A stretch of DNA of 64,000 nucleotides, taken from assembly GCA_029953675.1 (NCBI GenBank), contig JAMWBK010000007.1, positions 1,736,001 to 1,800,000 on the forward strand, in the 5' to 3' direction. Of the stretch, positions 59,497 through 64,000 are shown piece by piece; within the stretch, counting starts at the first letter, position 1, and the number at the start of each line of letters is the position of its first letter. The notes beneath the pieces were generated by a model. The model saw only the letters and a list, made by a program, of their open reading frames with translations. It was not told the DNA's origin and ran no database searches. Position numbers and translations under genes: made by a program. The stretch comes from Rhodosorus marinus CCMP1338 (Eukaryota > Plantae > Rhodophyta).

Positions 59497-62314
59497 TTAC
59501 ATCGTTGGTACTCTAACATCGGATTGTGCGTGAGATTCTTCAAAAGCGCCGATACTCTTCAGCGCCTCACAAGGGAGCCTCAGGTCGTCAATACGGGCCA
59601 GGTACGTCTTGGGATCTTCGCATGCGGCCTTGCCGAGTTTTGAAACAATGCCGAGCAAATTCGAGAAGAGCGCATCCGTACATACGTTTGATGTTGTGAC
59701 TCTGTGTGAGCTGCGGTTACTGTTTAAAGGCCTCTTGGAAAGAACAGCAGAGCTCTGAAACATGACGGGAGCAACACTTAGCTATTGTTAAAGAACTAAC
59801 CGTCATGCGCATTGGAATACTTACGTCTTTGCTCTCAAGCAGAATAAGCACCTGCTCTTTTGCTGGCGTAGGGATCAGATTCCAAGGGTCCGTTGCCTTC
59901 ACGTATCTGCAGAAGTCGATTGCAGACTCGGCCAAACGTGCGTCTCGAACGGACTCTCCATGTAAACCGGTTCCGATAGATTTGGTCCAATACTCTCGTA
60001 CGCGAGGGGCGACCTCGATCAGACGTGGCAGTTTTGCGCACTGTTTCAGACACGAATCCGGTCAGGGACTCATCAGCATCGAGAAATCATTATCTCCAAA
60101 TGCGATTAAATTGCTTACCTTCTTCACCAGGCGCAATGCCGGGTACTGGATCAGAACTCCTCCCTTTCCAATACCTACGAGTTTGGCGAACACTCTTCCG
60201 AGAAGTTCTTTGGAGACCGTGGAAAACTGACTTGATGGCAATGGGCCAAGCACTTGGAGAATCAAGTTCAGCTGAAAAACAGATTCCTCCGAGCAGAAGC
60301 GTTCGAGCAGCCTTTCGACATCGTGATCGGTAAGCGCTGTTCGATCAAGGCAACGATTAGCAACCTGCTCCTTCCCTGGCGAGTTAGAACGTCGAGGCGA
60401 TCAACAAGTTTGCAAGGGCCGACAATGGGTCGATGCGAGCCCTCATTCCCAGCTTACCTGTGCCTGCTAACCTCGACTCCTCCATCAACTCCCGGATTAC
60501 CTCGCCAGGGAGAATGTTCTCCTCCACGAAAAACAGGGCTTCATCAAGATCTTCAGCGAGAATTTTTCTCGCAAATTCACGGCGCTCGACCGCGGACAAT
60601 GTCGAAGCTTTTATGAAGCCTCTTAGAATGTTGACAAGTATTCTCCGTTGCCTCGTGGCTTTGAAGGCTGTAGCAATTTTCGCTGCTTCAACAATAAAAC
60701 CGAAAAATACTCGTCGCTGCTTTTCCGAAGAGCACCAAGGGATCGCATCGGAGTAGAAAAGGCTGATCAGATAAGAATCTGCTTGGCAAAGCCCTTGCAA
60801 CTCACTCACCCGCAATGAGTTCACTTGAGAGAACATTCGGTCCAGTACAATCATCGAGAGCATGCGTCTGAAAGCGGACTTCGCTAACGCCATAGAGACA
60901 AAAAGCTTTGAAAGCTCAACGCAAGCCTCGCTACTCCGAGTGAGAGAGATACTAATGTCCACGAGGACTACGTGGCACGCATCGAACAGGCTAGGATCTG
61001 ATCTACTTCCCTGGAAGTTGAGCAGAGTGAATACTCCTGTAGAATTGATCTGCGTGTCGATGAATAGTGATTTCTTACCTCAACTCCTCGTTCTAGAGAA
61101 GAACTGTTCTCGATTACTTCGTTGAAAACTCTCCTAAGAATGTCAAATGACATAAGAGGGGACGGACTTCCCGTGACATTCGTTATACTTCGATAGCACA
61201 TCTCCAGGCAAACCAGCAGCTTTCCAAGATCCCATTCGACTGCATCGATGTCGTTGGTGGAACTTTGAAGAGCCAATATAGATCGAACCCTTTTCCAAAA
61301 AAGTCCACTGCCTGGGCCAGTCCCTCCAATGCCACTTGCAGCAGCCACGGTGCTCATGGGCTTGTCAAGCATCATGTGCTCCAGAGCTTTGGTAATCATT
61401 CCACCATCCCTACCTACGCCAGTTTCAGACTGTTCGGCAGCTCTGATTCGCGTTGTGTACGCCTTGGTACATACAGCGAGCTAGGTGAGAGAAAATGACA
61501 TGCCTGAGTTGAAATGCGTCTCGTAAAGTTTTCCTGCAAAGCAGATCGCTGGTACCTTCGCCACTGCTGAAAAGGCCTGGTCACTAATGTTGAACTTTTC
61601 GCTCGTGCGCTCTATGGTCAACTTGAAAAATCTGAGAACCTTGAGAAGCTTTTCGGCAGTTGCTGTAGCCTGTTCGTTGACTCGGATTCCCTGTGAACGA
61701 CACAGGGGCGAATGATAGAACGATTAGAGTGAAAAACACGACAATATCCAACAAGGCGATAGTTGCTGTACCAAGATTCTTGCAATCTGGAGCTCCAGAC
61801 TCTCAGCTGTAGTGCTCATCGAGATCAGCACTTCGCTCGCTAGTTGATCGTCTCGAATTTTCTCCAGTAGGGACGCTAGCCCTTTCCACAACACGCTTCC
61901 TGCGGAAAATTTCTGCGGACTGTCTAGACTGCACTTCTCAGCGGTATTGAGAAGCTGCTTGAGATTGCTCTCGGCAAGACCTCCATCCTCTACGTTCTGA
62001 ACACACTCTTGAACCCGGCTTTTGTTCAGTTGGAGAAAAGCATTATCGATGCTATCATTGCAGCCAGTTCGAGACAGGACCTGGCCAACAAGTTCCATCC
62101 CACCGGCGAAATCTCTGTACACATCGCGCAAATCGAACAAGTGTAATGAAAGACGAACATTAGCTATCGAACAAACACCAAACACGCCATTGAAGAGATT
62201 CACAAACCTGCTGATCAGTTCACGACATGCTTCACCCCAGAACTCTGCGTCGCGGGGCAAACTCTCATACCGGGCGAGAAACCCCTCCATACCTTCAAGT
62301 CGATCCCACTCCAA
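59497..62314 (-). CDS. Large multi-exon alpha-helical (ARM/HEAT-like) hypothetical protein
   Basis: Consecutive Leu-rich helical ORFs on the minus strand (62314-61724, 61399-60968, 60962-60384, 60265-60062, 59763-59497), separated by intron-like gaps. Exon boundaries were not fully resolved. Confidence 0.65.
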
Positions 62315-62556
62315 AAAACCGATCTCCTTCGTGTCTACTCCTTCATGGGGAGCTAGTACTCAAGAAAATCTCAAAACGCAACCTACATCTTAAGCAGAGG
62401 CCGCAAATTATTCCTCTTTTAGTGTCCCCGCGCAACTCCAACCCAGTCCCGAGAGTGACCCTTCAGTCTGCTTCAAGGAAACCCACCATTTAGTCCCTGT
62501 TGAGGGTTAGGAAACCGAGCCCGAAAATTCTTCCAAATGTCAATAAATATCTGCCC

Positions 62557-62568
62557 GGCCGATGATAC
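62557..62568 (+). promoter_or_regulatory. Motif GGCCGATGATAC upstream of the ARM-like gene
   Basis: Exact 12-mer also found at 58413 and, reversed, at 7843. Confidence 0.5.
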
Positions 62569-64000
62569 AAAAGAAATGTAAAAAAACCATTGATTTCCGC
62601 GGGCCAATCCCGGTCTTCAATGACCAACCCGAAATTGGGATGCATCACTGTTTTCGTGTGATTCTAACCGCCTGGAACGGACAGTCTGTCCAGACTTCTA
62701 CGGGTGGAGATGGAACCTCCCGTTCGCGAGAGGAACAGAGCTAGAGCTGATGACGGAGTGCTTCTCTTGATCTTGAGGAGAATGACAGAACGTGATAAGC
62801 TGGCCTCATCTTTTCTTCTGTTCCATGGACCAGATGATGCTCCTGAGTGCATGAGCACGGTGCGTGATTCCACCAACACATGGCGAGCGTTCGATCTGTG
62901 CAACGTCTCCCTGTAATCTACTCATCTGAACTAAGAGGAGAGTGCCTAGAAGTTCATCTGGTTGGTATTAACGTGCACATCTGCATGGCTTTTGCAAACG
63001 AACTGGAGATCGACGAATGGCAATACCGAAGCGTTGCGATCAGTAAGACAGAGCTCCTTCCAAAGGACGCTTTCCAGAGAATTTAATCATTTTCCATAAT
63101 TTCTCAAGCCTGGCAGCTCTGTGTCGCACAAGGCCACCATAAATCCGCACGCGGGAAAGCTGGGGACGCCTATAAACAATCAATCCCTAGATGCGAACCT
63201 TTCGCAACGATCATCATTTCCGCCGTTGCTCATGGAAATACTCAGGCATCAAAACGTCATACAAATCCTGCACATCCGGGTACGCAACAAGGACATCCAA
63301 CCACCGCAGAAACCCAAATTCTAAAACACCCACAGTCGACCAAAACATCCAACACATTCAACGCCAAACTACCGTCCAGACCAGCAGTGCCATTTGACTT
63401 CTTCATTGCCAAAGACGTTTGCCAAATCCATCCAACAGCTTACACCTCATTCGCCTCTCGCAACATCTTCTTCAGTCGATCCCAACCCCTTCCCAACTTC
63501 CCATTCCGTACACTCCTTCACGCCGAGATGCAACTGTCATCCTCTTACATAATACTCAGATCAGGCGATTCCTCCCAAACGTGTCAAAATTCCCGGGTTC
63601 AGTTTTCTACAAATTCTAGTAGGGGGTAAATTCTACCTCATAACCGGCCATAAATGGCCATGACAATTTGATAATTCAATATCATTGGATTTGGATTGAT
63701 ATTTACCAAGGAGGGGATGTAATTAAACATTTTCCTCCGAGGAGATTGTTGTGGTGAAGCATTTTATGAATGGCGGAATTGGGGATTATGGGGCGGGTGA
63801 GGAGGGAGATGAGCATAGGTGGGGAAGGGGCTTGTAGAGGATTTGCTTTCTCCGTTCTTGGGGGGAGTGAAGGTGTGAGGAGTAAGATTGAAAAGGGTTT
63901 TTTTTATTGGTGAGGTAGGAATCGTTGGATGTTGAAGCTTTTGAAGCTTTGGTTTTTTGGTTTCGGGTGGGTTCGCGTGTGCTTTTTGGGGGAACGGAAG

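Noticed and set aside
1-64000. CRISPR arrays, rRNA, bona fide tRNA, snRNA and U12-type introns
   Set aside because: There is no regularly spaced repeat-spacer array, no complete cloverleaf and no snRNA signature. Every intron I reconstructed is GT-AG without the U12 RTATCCTT donor.

Overview
Gene-dense eukaryotic nuclear DNA with short (mostly 70-150 bp) canonical GT-AG introns. It is most likely from a red alga. This is an inference from several plastid-targeted proteins with Phe-containing N-termini (MAFV, MEAFV, CFV, GFVFV), thylakoid-type proteins (CAAD/CURT1, DUF3067) and a mevalonate kinase. About 25 spliced genes were reconstructed by hand, including MVK, MPP6, a centrin-like protein, an EamA transporter, a very divergent class II photolyase homologue, an Amun-like HhH protein, FAM32A, an AAA+ ATPase, PRP4, SF3B3, a plastid HAT/TPR protein, NUP58, a PH + CaMKK-like kinase, RPB4, uL30m, a WD40-like protein, CURT1, DUF3067, PKR1, eIF5B and a GNAT-like protein. 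The window also holds a decayed Ty3/gypsy integrase and several degenerate repeats. The best leads are: (1) a class II photolyase paralogue that keeps FAD-pocket residues but has lost its lesion-binding residues; (2) a Tat-signal lumenal protein made only of an FtsH-like lumenal domain; (3) a recurring promoter motif (G)GCCGATGATAC; (4) a 58-nt hairpin with a 30-bp perfect palindrome next to a Pol III-like A/B-box unit. Family assignments come from motif recognition from memory. No database search was run, and exon structures are manual predictions.
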